From: an uncultured Bacilli bacterium
GTDB lineage: Bacteria > Bacillota_I > Bacilli_A > RF39 > UBA660
Assembly: GCA_934131005.1 (NCBI GenBank)
Contig: CAKOYV010000004.1
Coordinates: forward strand, 37,344-101,343
Direction of reading: 5' to 3'
Length of the DNA stretch: 64,000 nucleotides
Under the pieces are notes generated by a model. The model saw nothing but the letters and a program-made list of their open reading frames with translations. It had not been told where the DNA came from and did no database searches. A program made the translations under genes and the position numbers. The number at the start of each line of letters is the position of its first letter. The first letter of the stretch is position 1. Positions 31,239 to 41,021 of this stretch are shown piece after piece.

Positions 31239-32093
31239 CTATAATAAACTAACTATCATATCTATCAAAAAACCACTAATAACAGAAACTATATACAATA
31301 ACATTACTACTTTTAAACTATCTTTAAAATTATGATTAGTCCTAAATAATACCAAAATAGCAACACCACTTCCTGTAAATAATCCCGTTATAAAAGGGGC
31401 AAATGATATTACTTTATTTAAATAAAGTTCTGTAATAACAACCGATGCCCCACAATTTGGAATAAGTCCCAATAAGCCCGATATTATAATTGCCAAAAAA
31501 TTATTCCCACTAAAAACCTTACTTAATTCATCTATTCCTATATAATCAAAAACTAAATTCAAACAAATAGTAACAACAAAAATAAACAATCCAATATTAA
31601 TAGTATGTTTTAAACTAGATTTCCAAACACTTCTCTCACAATGACAATGTTCCAAAGAACAAATATCACCTAAAGCCTCACTAATATTATCCCTTCTTCT
31701 CCTACAGCGACTAATTAAATCTATCAAAAACCCGCAAATAATCGCTACAATTAATTTAACTAACAAAACACTAACAATCAACTTCCAGGATAAACCACGT
31801 GAAATTAAAATTGGCAACATCTCATCACTAGTAGATAAATATATACTTATCAAAGTACCTAAAGAAATAACTCCAACAACATATAAATTAGTCGCTACTA
31901 CCGAAAAACCACATTGAGGAAATATTCCTAAAAAAGACCCAAGTACAGGACCAATTTTACCAGATTTTGAAGTTATTTGTTCTAATTTTTTACTATATTT
32001 ATGTTCTAATAGCTCTATTATTAAAAAAGTAATAAATAAAAAAGGCAATAACTTTACCGTATCTATAAAAGCATCCATCACTAAATCCCACAT
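31239..32093 (-). CDS. Polytopic permease with internally duplicated P-x-C-G-x-S-V-V motif and a Cys/His-rich central loop
   Basis: Two 4-TM halves carry PQCGFSVV and PNCGASVV. The central loop reads CRRRRD...CSLEHCHCERS. Family uncertain (YraQ/DUF318-like or sulfur-compound transporter-like). Confidence 0.5.
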   Translation of the reverse strand: MWDLVMDAFIDTVKLLPFLFITFLIIELLEHKYSKKLEQITSKSGKIGPVLGSFLGIFPQCGFSVVATNLYVVGVISLGTLISIYLSTSDEMLPILISRGLSWKLIVSVLLVKLIVAIICGFLIDLISRCRRRRDNISEALGDICSLEHCHCERSVWKSSLKHTINIGLFIFVVTICLNLVFDYIGIDELSKVFSGNNFLAIIISGLLGLIPNCGASVVITELYLNKVISFAPFITGLFTGSGVAILVLFRTNHNFKDSLKVVMLLYIVSVISGFLIDMIVSLL

Positions 32094-32190
32094 TTTTATC
32101 CCTCCAAATCAAAAAATATTGTACCACATAAAAAAATAATTAACAACTAAAAAGAGCATTGATTTTTATCAATACTCACAATCTAGCTAA

Positions 32191-32481
32191 CTAACTTCCA
32201 AATATTTTTTGATATTCTAAATAACCACCTTCAATATTAACAAGGTGATACCCTAGTCCATTAAGTCTTTGAACAACCAAAATACTCTTATCTCCCGTAT
32301 CACAATATAAATAATATATACTATATTTATTTAAATAATGACTATAATTATTAAGTAAATTATAATAAGGTATATTAATAGCTCCTACTATATGTCCCAT
32401 ACTGTAATAATAAGCATTTCTAATATCAACAATAATAGGATTATTTAAATTAAGAACTTCTCTAACACTAATAGTATTCAC
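32191..32481 (-). CDS. Rhodanese-domain sulfurtransferase (single domain)
   Basis: 96 aa. Active-site loop YCDTGDKS with the catalytic Cys. Confidence 0.75.
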   Translation of the reverse strand: MNTISVREVLNLNNPIIVDIRNAYYYSMGHIVGAINIPYYNLLNNYSHYLNKYSIYYLYCDTGDKSILVVQRLNGLGYHLVNIEGGYLEYQKIFGS

Positions 32482-32583
32482 CTATCACCACCTCTATCAT
32501 AATATATTAATTAATAATAAAATAGCAAGTGCTATTAACCAATAATTAAACTAAAAAAAAATACTTAGTACTACCTAAGCATT

Positions 32584-34746
32584 TTAACTATCAGAGAAGA
32601 AATCATCAAAGAAATCATCACTATTAGTTCCATTTTCATACATTGAACTATCCTTAACTTCTTTTTCTTCATTAATTTCAGCTTCAACAATAGAAGTCTT
32701 CTTTTCTTTCTTAGCCTCTTCCTCTTCTTCCTTCTTCTCTTCATCTTCCAAAGCAGCTATCTTAGCTTCTATCTTTTTAACTAAATCATCATAATCATCA
32801 AGCTTAAGAGATGGCATTTTACTATCCCCCTCATCATCCTTATCACTATCTGCTGAAGGCAAACTAGGACTAGATTCAAACGGAGAACCACCTGATGCAA
32901 ATGGATTTGAGCCAAATGGATTAGATCCAAACGGATTCGAACCAAACGGATTTGAGCCAAACGGATTTCCACCTGCAAATGGATTATTAAAAGCACCTGC
33001 ACCATCAGATGATGAAGACATCATTTTCTCCATTTGCTCTTTCTTTTTCTGTTTCATAAATTCTCTTATATCAAATAATTGAACTTCTTTTTTCTCTCTA
33101 GTTATATATTTAGCTTTCCCATAACTCTCGTGCCACGAATTCATTTCTGTCATTTTCCAATTGGGCGTTAATTTAGTCTTAAAAGGCATCATACGAAGAC
33201 GCAACCAAATTACTTGCCCCATTGGCATTCTTTGTAAATCACTAACAGTAACAAGAGGTGTTGAAGAAGTTTTCTCTTTTTCTTTCGATTTAACTTCACC
33301 ACACATTTTACTAAGTTCCTCTAAAGCCTGAAGCTCACTACTAATCAAATAAAGAATATTACAGTTACCCTTAATAGTTTCAGCATCTTCTTTACCATAA
33401 ACCTTAGTAAGTTGAGCAAAGTTTTGGATAATAAAGGTAAAACGAATATGCCTAGAACGAGCTGCCGTTACCATCGTAGTAACATCTTTAAGAGGTGGCA
33501 TATTAGCAAACTCATCCAGAATAAAATTAGTTCTATAAGGAAGATGTCCACCACTTTCTTGAGCAACATCTATTAAAGTTTCATAACACTGCTTGATAAA
33601 AATAGTTGCAAGAGGATGCAAAGTTTTCTTTTCATCTTGAACAATCATAAAAACGGCCGTTTTTTTCTTACCAATATCACTAATATTAAAATCACTATAA
33701 GATAACATTTCAGATAAATTATCACGTGATGCAAATAACTTAATCTTTTGCTTAAATGTAGATAAAACACCACCCTTTGTTTCCTCAGGCGCATAAACAG
33801 TACCAGATGCATTTACATAAGCAGGTTTAGCTGGATCCTTAAGTTTAAAATATTCTTTAATATAATTATTATTAGGACCTCCAAATTTCTCCTCACCTAA
33901 ATTAGACATTAAATTCATACTATTTAAGTTAATTTGTTCCATCGTAGCATCTTCAAATAATCCAAGAGCAAGTCCGCTAAAATAACTAGCAGCCGATTGT
34001 TCCCAAAAGGGATCACCAGTATTTTTCTCATCATAAAGAATATTAAGTGCCAAATCATCTATTAACTCAACAGCCTTATCAGAATTACCATTTTTATATA
34101 AATCATAAGGAAGTCTCATAGGATTCCAAGCATTCCCCTTTTGAGGATCACGAAAATTCAAAACAATAATATTATATCCCTTAGCCCTAAGCATCTCACT
34201 AGTCTCTTCATAAAGCTCACCCTTAGGATCAGTCAAAACCATAGACTCTCCAGCTTTAGCTAAAATCTTTATCATTGGAAATACAACATTTTGTGTCTTA
34301 CCACTACCAGTAGCACCAATAATCAAATTATGAGCCTCTCCATCATCAACCCATAACTTCTTACCATCATTAATAACCGCAATACCACCATATTCAGAAG
34401 TAGGAGCAGCCGGATCAATTTCCTTCAAAGTAGCCTTCATTTCCTTCTCCTTACACCATCTAGAATATCCTTTGTCTTTCTTCTTGGTAGTAAATCCAAA
34501 CCCTTTTTCACGATCAAAAAAATAAGAACTAACAGAGAACATAATTCCCATTAAAAATAAGAAAAAGAAAGTAAAAGTTGTCAATATATATTTAGAAGAA
34601 AAAGCCATAAAAGGAACAAAACCATATAACTTTCCCTCAGTTGCTAACGAATGTACATTCAAAACAGCAAGTGCACAGATATATAATAACAAGAAACAAA
34701 AACCAATAAAAATTTTAACATCCTTAGCATCTGCTCTAAATTTCAT
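32584..34746 (-). CDS. Type IV coupling protein homolog (VirD4/TraG/TraD family ATPase) with NPFGS repeat and acidic tail
   Basis: N-terminal TM helices. Walker A IIGATGSGKTQ followed by TDPKGELY (a T4CP hallmark). Walker B ILDEF. C-terminal region (NPFGS)x5, then a D/E-rich tail ending DDFFDDFFSDS. Confidence 0.7.
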   Translation of the reverse strand: MKFRADAKDVKIFIGFCFLLLYICALAVLNVHSLATEGKLYGFVPFMAFSSKYILTTFTFFFLFLMGIMFSVSSYFFDREKGFGFTTKKKDKGYSRWCKEKEMKATLKEIDPAAPTSEYGGIAVINDGKKLWVDDGEAHNLIIGATGSGKTQNVVFPMIKILAKAGESMVLTDPKGELYEETSEMLRAKGYNIIVLNFRDPQKGNAWNPMRLPYDLYKNGNSDKAVELIDDLALNILYDEKNTGDPFWEQSAASYFSGLALGLFEDATMEQINLNSMNLMSNLGEEKFGGPNNNYIKEYFKLKDPAKPAYVNASGTVYAPEETKGGVLSTFKQKIKLFASRDNLSEMLSYSDFNISDIGKKKTAVFMIVQDEKKTLHPLATIFIKQCYETLIDVAQESGGHLPYRTNFILDEFANMPPLKDVTTMVTAARSRHIRFTFIIQNFAQLTKVYGKEDAETIKGNCNILYLISSELQALEELSKMCGEVKSKEKEKTSSTPLVTVSDLQRMPMGQVIWLRLRMMPFKTKLTPNWKMTEMNSWHESYGKAKYITREKKEVQLFDIREFMKQKKKEQMEKMMSSSSDGAGAFNNPFAGGNPFGSNPFGSNPFGSNPFGSNPFASGGSPFESSPSLPSADSDKDDEGDSKMPSLKLDDYDDLVKKIEAKIAALEDEEKKEEEEEAKKEKKTSIVEAEINEEKEVKDSSMYENGTNSDDFFDDFFSDS
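32880..32992 (-). repeat. Tandem 15-nt coding repeats (NPFGS pentapeptide x5, with degenerate flanking copies) inside the T4CP-like gene; approximate bounds
   Basis: CCAAACGGATTYGAR-like unit repeated on the + strand. It translates as NPFAGGNPFGSNPFGSNPFGSNPFGSNPFASGGSPF. Confidence 0.7.
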
Positions 34747-34943
34747 TAATATCCCCTCCCTTAAAACAATAAATCATTAACTTGATTATATCACATAATA
34801 AGAAAACTATCAATTAATTTTCTCACCCCAAAGTTATCTATAAGTTATTAAACCTAAGAAATTCCCTTATATTTAAAAATAAATATTGTTTTTTATTTAC
34901 TTTTTTGCTATTATAGGTATGTGCTTTAGAAGGGAGGATATAA

Positions 34944-36455
34944 ATGAGTAAAGAAAAAACAAATAATAGTAATGATAAGAAAAATGTTGAAAAAAAGGAA
35001 ACAACTGCTAAAAAAACTAGTGCTAAAACTGCAAAGAAGACTAGTGCTAAAGCAGACAAAAAAGTTACTAAAACTAAATCTAAAGACACAAATAAAGAAA
35101 TAAAAAAAGGCAAAAAAATAGTAGAAGAAAAGATTATTGATGAAAAAATAATCGATGCTGATATTGATGAAGAATATGATGAAGATTTAGAAGACTTTAT
35201 CAATGAGGATGATGAGGAAGAAGAAGTTATCAAAGATAAGACACCTTCTAAAAAGAAAGAAGTAAAAAAAGAAGATAAACCTGAACCTAAAAAAATTAAA
35301 GAAGCCAAAAAAGAAAAAGAAGATAAGAATAAGGAAGATAAAATATCAAAAGAAAATATCAAAAAAATTGAAAAATTAGCTAAAGAAAAAAGTAAAAAGA
35401 ACAAGAAAAAAGCTAATAATTATAGCAAAATAAAAGATTTTGGATATTTCTTAGAAAAAAATCGTAATGTAATATCTAGTTTTATCGGTGGTGTACTATT
35501 AACAGTCTTAATCGTAATAATCATTTGGCCTAGCCGTATAGCAACTCTTAAAAATGGCACTCAACCAGTAGTAAAAGTTGCTAATAAAACATATACAGCT
35601 GATGATTTATATACTCAAATGAAAAATCATTACTCTGTAAGTCAACTATTAGACCAAATAGATAACGATATTCTAACAAAAATGTATCCAGAAGATAAAA
35701 AAATGACTGAAGAAGTAGAATCAAATGCTGAATACTATATCAATATGTATAAACAATATTATAATTACACAGAAGAAGAATTCTTATCTGCTAATGGTTT
35801 TGCTTCACGTGATGCATACTTAGAATACTTAAAACTAGATAATCGTCGTAAAAAATATCAAAATGAATATGTTAAGAAAAACTTAACTGATGACGAAATC
35901 AAAAAATATTATGACGAAAATGTTTACGGTGATATTAATTGTCAACACATACTAGTAGAAACAAAATCAGATGATTCAAAATCTAGTAGTAGTTCTAAGA
36001 ATAGTGATAGCAAAAACAAATTAAGTGATTCAGATGCTAAGAAATTAGCTCAAGAAATAATTGATAAAATCAATGATGGTAAATCTTGGAAAGATATCAA
36101 AAAAGAATACAAAGATAAAGTTACTTTCGAAGACTTAGGATACCAATCATGGGATTCTGACCTAGAAGATTCTTTCAAGAAAGCTCTTAAAAAGATGGAT
36201 AACAATTCTTACTCTAAAGAACCAGTTAAAACATCATATGGCTATCACGTAATATATCGTGTTGACCAAAAGAAAGCACCATCACTAAAGAAAACAAAAA
36301 GTAAAATTATTGAAAAATTAGTATCTAAAAAAGAAAGCGAAGATTCTAACTTACTATATAAAGCACTAATTAGCTTACGTAATGAAAAGAAAATCAAATT
36401 CCAAGATACTGATATGAAAGAAAAATACGAAAAATATATAAAACAATATAAATAA
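34944..36455 (+). CDS. prsA: PrsA-like parvulin-type peptidyl-prolyl isomerase with about 175-aa K/E-rich N-terminal extension and one TM helix
   Basis: Parvulin core (INCQHILVETK ... SYGYHVIY). A single TM helix (FIGGVLLTVLIVIIIW) follows a long low-complexity KKTSAK/EEKIID region. Confidence 0.7.
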   Translation: MSKEKTNNSNDKKNVEKKETTAKKTSAKTAKKTSAKADKKVTKTKSKDTNKEIKKGKKIVEEKIIDEKIIDADIDEEYDEDLEDFINEDDEEEEVIKDKTPSKKKEVKKEDKPEPKKIKEAKKEKEDKNKEDKISKENIKKIEKLAKEKSKKNKKKANNYSKIKDFGYFLEKNRNVISSFIGGVLLTVLIVIIIWPSRIATLKNGTQPVVKVANKTYTADDLYTQMKNHYSVSQLLDQIDNDILTKMYPEDKKMTEEVESNAEYYINMYKQYYNYTEEEFLSANGFASRDAYLEYLKLDNRRKKYQNEYVKKNLTDDEIKKYYDENVYGDINCQHILVETKSDDSKSSSSSKNSDSKNKLSDSDAKKLAQEIIDKINDGKSWKDIKKEYKDKVTFEDLGYQSWDSDLEDSFKKALKKMDNNSYSKEPVKTSYGYHVIYRVDQKKAPSLKKTKSKIIEKLVSKKESEDSNLLYKALISLRNEKKIKFQDTDMKEKYEKYIKQYK

Positions 36456-36486
36456 GAAGACTCGAAAAAAAGTCTTCTTTTTATTT
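36454..36486. terminator. Bidirectional rho-independent terminator
   Basis: Perfect 9-bp stem AAGAAGACT/AGTCTTCTT (36454-36462 / 36471-36479), loop CGAAAAAA, T-run. Confidence 0.65.
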
Positions 36487-36999
36487 AACAAAAATATCTA
36501 TAACAACCATCAAACACCCAATAATAACTGCTATTCCAAATAAAATTAACAAAATAACACCTATATTATTACTACTAGCCCGACTACTATTCCTTACCAA
36601 AACAGCACTTTTATCCTTAGTAACCCCATAAAATTTCATTATTTTCTCTATAACATCATTATCATAAGTAGCAACATAACATTTACTAGAACTAAATTTA
36701 TTAACCAAACTAAACTTAACATCTGAGAAAAACTTTACGCCATCATCTAGCAAAATCTGCCTATCACAACAATTAATAATTTTAGCAACCACTCGCTCTA
36801 AAGCCTCACGTTCATCACTAGTAAAATTACTATCCATCGTATATCCTTCACTATTAACAACCAATTTAGAAATAAAAATATTCCTCTGACTATTATCTCT
36901 CTTTACCGAATAAACAACATATATTAAATCACCATATCTAAAACAGAACATAACTAAACATTTCATTTTTACATTATTATCAACATCTATTATTTCCAT
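36481..36999 (-). CDS. Hypothetical protein with C-terminal TM anchor (172 aa)
   Basis: ORF with a C-terminal hydrophobic segment IGVILLILFGIAVIIGCLMVVI. Confidence 0.45.
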   Translation of the reverse strand: MEIIDVDNNVKMKCLVMFCFRYGDLIYVVYSVKRDNSQRNIFISKLVVNSEGYTMDSNFTSDEREALERVVAKIINCCDRQILLDDGVKFFSDVKFSLVNKFSSSKCYVATYDNDVIEKIMKFYGVTKDKSAVLVRNSSRASSNNIGVILLILFGIAVIIGCLMVVIDIFVK

Positions 37000-37023
37000 A
37001 AATCCATCTCCTACCCGACAATC

Positions 37024-38448
37024 CTAATCATTCATCTTAAGCACTTTCTTTTTCTGATTATCAACCAACTGCTTATTAACAATTAACTTATTTTTTATCA
37101 TATCCATCTTATACCTATTCTTATCAATACTATCTTGCATTTCTTCAATTTTCTGCAAACCTTCCCTAAAACCAACCATAGAATCATTATAATTACTAAG
37201 ATAATCATGCCTCAATCTATCAAGCATCCCCCTCGTATCATCAAGTAAAGCATAAGCATCATCTACATTATCTAATCCCTGATTAATCATCTTATCATAG
37301 CTATCTGGAACATAAACCTCTCTCTCTTTTTTTTCACTAACCATATAACTATATATATTTCTAATCATCCTCCTAGTAGCCAAAGTATCAATAATAATAC
37401 TAGGAACAAACCCTAATACCGGCGAAGCCATAAGTGTCCCTACATAAAAAGCACTAGAAGAAAGCAAACTATTAAGCCAAACCAACTTAGTATTAACCCG
37501 AATATCATTTCCAATGTTATTAACATTATTAATAACATAATTCAAATTATTATCTTGCCTCATTATCTCCTTGTCGCACTTTAACAATTCAAAATTAACT
37601 TTCTCAAAATCAACTCTTGTCTCCTCATTTCTCCTACCAAATTCTTCTTCTTGGGCATCAATCTGCGTAGCCACTTTATCATTATCATCTCTTAACTTCA
37701 CTAAATTAAAATAAATATCTCTATATTTATCAACAAGCGATCTATCTACATCAGCTGTATTATCAAGCTTATCAATAATTTCTTTATATCTAATAATATC
37801 ATCTGCTAAATCACCAGAATAATCATCTAAAATATCATAATCATCAGCCAAGTTATATTCCTTAATCAAGTCATTTACTCTATCCTTTAAATCACTAGAA
37901 TCCTTACGCAATTTACGAGCACCCTCAATACTTTTATTCTCTTTATTTTTATTTTCTATATTCTGACTCTCTTCTTCCAAAATTTCTGCTGAAGCTGAAG
38001 CTTTGTTAATCTCATCCTTCATTTTTCTAGTTATCTTTTTTTCAAGTTCCCTCTTCTCTTCATGAAGCCTTTTTTTCTCTAAATCTTGTTTTACAGCCTT
38101 TGCTTCTTTAATAACACCAACTCTTCTAATACCATAATCTCTATCACTACGAGTAGCTTTAACTCTATTTAAAACCCCTCGCAAAAACAATTTATTATTT
38201 CCATTCAAAATATATTTAACTATTTTTTTCCTAGCATTATTAAAAAAAGAAATAGAAACATTTTTTCTAACAACTACCCTACTCTTAGCTATTCTAACAT
38301 TTCCCCTATTAATAATAATGTTATCATTAGTTTTACTCTTAATTATAGCCTTGTATCTGTTTATTCTAATTAATCTCAATCTATCTCTAAACTTTCCTCT
38401 AACACCATCATTATTATTATCATCATTACTACCATTTATAATATTCAC
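37024..38448 (-). CDS. Hypothetical coiled-coil membrane protein (474 aa)
   Basis: Basic N-terminus. Long charged heptad-like region. Central hydrophobic hairpin (AFYVGTLMASPVLGFVPSIIIDTL). Confidence 0.5.
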   Translation of the reverse strand: MNIINGSNDDNNNDGVRGKFRDRLRLIRINRYKAIIKSKTNDNIIINRGNVRIAKSRVVVRKNVSISFFNNARKKIVKYILNGNNKLFLRGVLNRVKATRSDRDYGIRRVGVIKEAKAVKQDLEKKRLHEEKRELEKKITRKMKDEINKASASAEILEEESQNIENKNKENKSIEGARKLRKDSSDLKDRVNDLIKEYNLADDYDILDDYSGDLADDIIRYKEIIDKLDNTADVDRSLVDKYRDIYFNLVKLRDDNDKVATQIDAQEEEFGRRNEETRVDFEKVNFELLKCDKEIMRQDNNLNYVINNVNNIGNDIRVNTKLVWLNSLLSSSAFYVGTLMASPVLGFVPSIIIDTLATRRMIRNIYSYMVSEKKEREVYVPDSYDKMINQGLDNVDDAYALLDDTRGMLDRLRHDYLSNYNDSMVGFREGLQKIEEMQDSIDKNRYKMDMIKNKLIVNKQLVDNQKKKVLKMND

Positions 38449-38521
38449 TAGCCATCACCTCTTATGAACATATATAATACTCTAAATTCAAAAGAAATGC
38501 AATATAAAAATACTGCATCAA

Positions 38522-39490
38522 TTACTTATCACAAACTCGACTTCCCTTAGCAATTGTATAAGGATTAGAGCTAGTTCCATCGCCACCTGTAACATAAACC
38601 AAAGAAGAAAGCTTCAAAACAGGCCTAACGCCTAACTTATAACTACCCTTCAAACTTCTAACTGATCTATAATCAGCATCCCAATAATAATTATTATCCC
38701 CTTGACTACTATTAAACCAATAATATCCACCATTATCTAATAATTCATTATTATAACCACAAAGCGAATTACTAGTCAAAGATGAACAATCCGCAAAGCT
38801 TTTAAATTTACTACTATTTTTATCAGAATTAATCTTATCAAAATCATGTTCATTAATTAGCCAAACACTATTACTATCACATTTACCACGATATGCCAAA
38901 CTACTATTACAATACTTCTTCAAATTATCTATTAAAACACTATCATAATCAACGCAATCAACTGCACCAGCACTAATTAAATAGACATTACTCCCTTCAA
39001 TATAAGCAATTCTAAACCCATTAGAAGTAAATTTTCTATCACTATCACTCTTATAATATACTGAACCACTATAACCACAATACCCCATATTATTATCATC
39101 TACATAATTAGAATTATTAACACTACAACTAGCAGGATCATCAGACAAACAATACTTAACATAACTACCAACTGGAACATCACTAATTAACATTTCTGAA
39201 TTAAAATTCAAACTACAAGAAATACCACCTGTACTATTACCATTACTAAAATCAAGTGTATGTTTATCATTATCCCATTTAACCTTAGTAGCACTATTAC
39301 TACACTTATAACTAGTTAAATAATAATTACCACTACTAGGAATTTTATCACTATAAACACCATCAACACTAACCAATAATTTCTTACCATTATATTCAAC
39401 TGTCTTTGTAAATGTTCTATTAGTACCTATATTAAAGGAAAAAGCTATTATCACTACCAAAGGACATATTATTAATAAAAACTTCTTCAT
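38522..39490 (-). CDS. Secreted Cys-rich protein, paralog A (322 aa)
   Basis: Signal peptide. Shares the G(F/Y)R(I/V)AY(I/V)...VYLIS.GA..C and LCGY.N.LLDNGGYYW blocks with the adjacent gene. Confidence 0.6.
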   Translation of the reverse strand: MKKFLLIICPLVVIIAFSFNIGTNRTFTKTVEYNGKKLLVSVDGVYSDKIPSSGNYYLTSYKCSNSATKVKWDNDKHTLDFSNGNSTGGISCSLNFNSEMLISDVPVGSYVKYCLSDDPASCSVNNSNYVDDNNMGYCGYSGSVYYKSDSDRKFTSNGFRIAYIEGSNVYLISAGAVDCVDYDSVLIDNLKKYCNSSLAYRGKCDSNSVWLINEHDFDKINSDKNSSKFKSFADCSSLTSNSLCGYNNELLDNGGYYWFNSSQGDNNYYWDADYRSVRSLKGSYKLGVRPVLKLSSLVYVTGGDGTSSNPYTIAKGSRVCDK

Positions 39491-39503
39491 AAACTACCTC
39501 CCC

Positions 39504-40952
39504 TCAGACTCCCAATTTATATAAATCACTAGCACTACCACTGCCACTTTTTACATAAACACTACTATCTAGTCTAATAATAGCTCTTAATCCATAAGGA
39601 TATTCAACAGAATTATCACTAACATAACGCATAACTGGATCCCAATAAAATAACTTATTTCCATTATTACCAAAAATCCAATAATAACCACCATTATCCA
39701 ATAAATCATTACTATAGCCACATAACTTATCACTACTGCTTTTAAAACAACTATTATTACCTAACGACTTCCCACTTATTTTAGCAAAATCAGAAACATT
39801 AAAAAGTCTAATACTACCATTATCACATTTTCCACCATAAACATATTTACTATCACAATCTTCATCAATAACTTTTTTCAAAGAATTTGTATTATGATTA
39901 CTAACATTTCCCCCACTAGATGCTAGTGAAGAAGAAACTTTATTATTACCATCAGTTGCTACACATAAACTAGCCCCATTACTAATTAAATAAACGCTAC
40001 CATTATCTACATAAGCAACTCTATAACCCTTACCATAAAATTTTCTATCACCATTATAACAACTATCAACACCACCATTATTATTATAAGAAACATAATC
40101 TCCAACTTTTGCAACATCAGAAAATTTTACTTTTGCCTTAGAACGGCTCACAAAATTAACATCACAACTACTAGGTATCTTTCCTCCATTACCATTTACC
40201 CGAATTGTTTTTGTATCATTATCCCACGAAATAGCACTACCACAACTACTAGAAGTCATAGAATAATCTCCACTAGTAGGAATACTACTGCTCTTCTTAC
40301 CATCTATTTTAATTGAACTTATCTTAAAATCACTAGCACTATCATCTCTCGAAATAACATTAACACTAATAGTTCCTCTAAAAGTTTTATTCATCATATA
40401 ATTTTGATTTTCACCATTATCCAGCAAATAAACTCTTAATTCAAAATTATTATTACTACTACCATCAAGTAATATATTATCATCTATCTTTAACTCATCA
40501 CCTGTAAAAGTAGCAAAATCTCCCTTAGCAATAATATGACCATTATATAATAACTCATACTTAAAATTACTATCAACAAGTTCTTTATCTATACTAATAT
40601 CAATTAAACTAACTCCAACAACAACATCACGCTTTTTAGCATCTCCATTAACATCTACAGAAAAATCTGATCTTCCAACATCACTACTATCATCTATCTC
40701 ATCACAATTAACAGGAAGCCCTGTACTAGTATTAATATACTTACCAGACTTATACGCAACATCTATCAAATCATTATCAGTCTTAGTTTTAAACGAAGTA
40801 CTACCATTAGTAAAAGAATACCAAGCATAACTACTAGATAGCATTAAAACAAATATAACTATTACAAAGACAAATATAACACCTAAATACTTTTTAAAGC
40901 TCACGACTACCCACCTCCGTATTCTTCTACTATCTATACAAAATGATAACAT
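39504..40952 (-). CDS. Secreted Cys-rich protein, paralog B (up to 482 aa; start uncertain)
   Basis: Hydrophobic signal-like N-terminus. The C-terminal half is homologous to paralog A (KGYRVAYVDNGSVYLISNGASLC..., LCGYSNDLLDNGGYYW). Confidence 0.55.
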   Translation of the reverse strand: MLSFCIDSRRIRRWVVVSFKKYLGVIFVFVIVIFVLMLSSSYAWYSFTNGSTSFKTKTDNDLIDVAYKSGKYINTSTGLPVNCDEIDDSSDVGRSDFSVDVNGDAKKRDVVVGVSLIDISIDKELVDSNFKYELLYNGHIIAKGDFATFTGDELKIDDNILLDGSSNNNFELRVYLLDNGENQNYMMNKTFRGTISVNVISRDDSASDFKISSIKIDGKKSSSIPTSGDYSMTSSSCGSAISWDNDTKTIRVNGNGGKIPSSCDVNFVSRSKAKVKFSDVAKVGDYVSYNNNGGVDSCYNGDRKFYGKGYRVAYVDNGSVYLISNGASLCVATDGNNKVSSSLASSGGNVSNHNTNSLKKVIDEDCDSKYVYGGKCDNGSIRLFNVSDFAKISGKSLGNNSCFKSSSDKLCGYSNDLLDNGGYYWIFGNNGNKLFYWDPVMRYVSDNSVEYPYGLRAIIRLDSSVYVKSGSGSASDLYKLGV

Positions 40953-41021
40953 ATTTCAAAAAAATATTCAACACATCTCCATCAAACAAAATATTAAATA
41001 ACAAAAAAGAAACTATTACAT

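Noticed and set aside
32584-34746. Possibility that the VirD4-like gene marks an integrative conjugative element
   Set aside because: No relaxase, VirB4, integrase or direct repeats within about 10 kb either side. Its neighbours are housekeeping-type genes. I report it instead as an orphan coupling-protein homolog.
34838-35404. 188-aa minus-strand ORF opposite the PrsA-like gene N-terminus
   Set aside because: Antisense translation of a K/E-rich low-complexity coding region that gives an F/S/L-rich artefact. The plus-strand gene has a bona fide parvulin domain.
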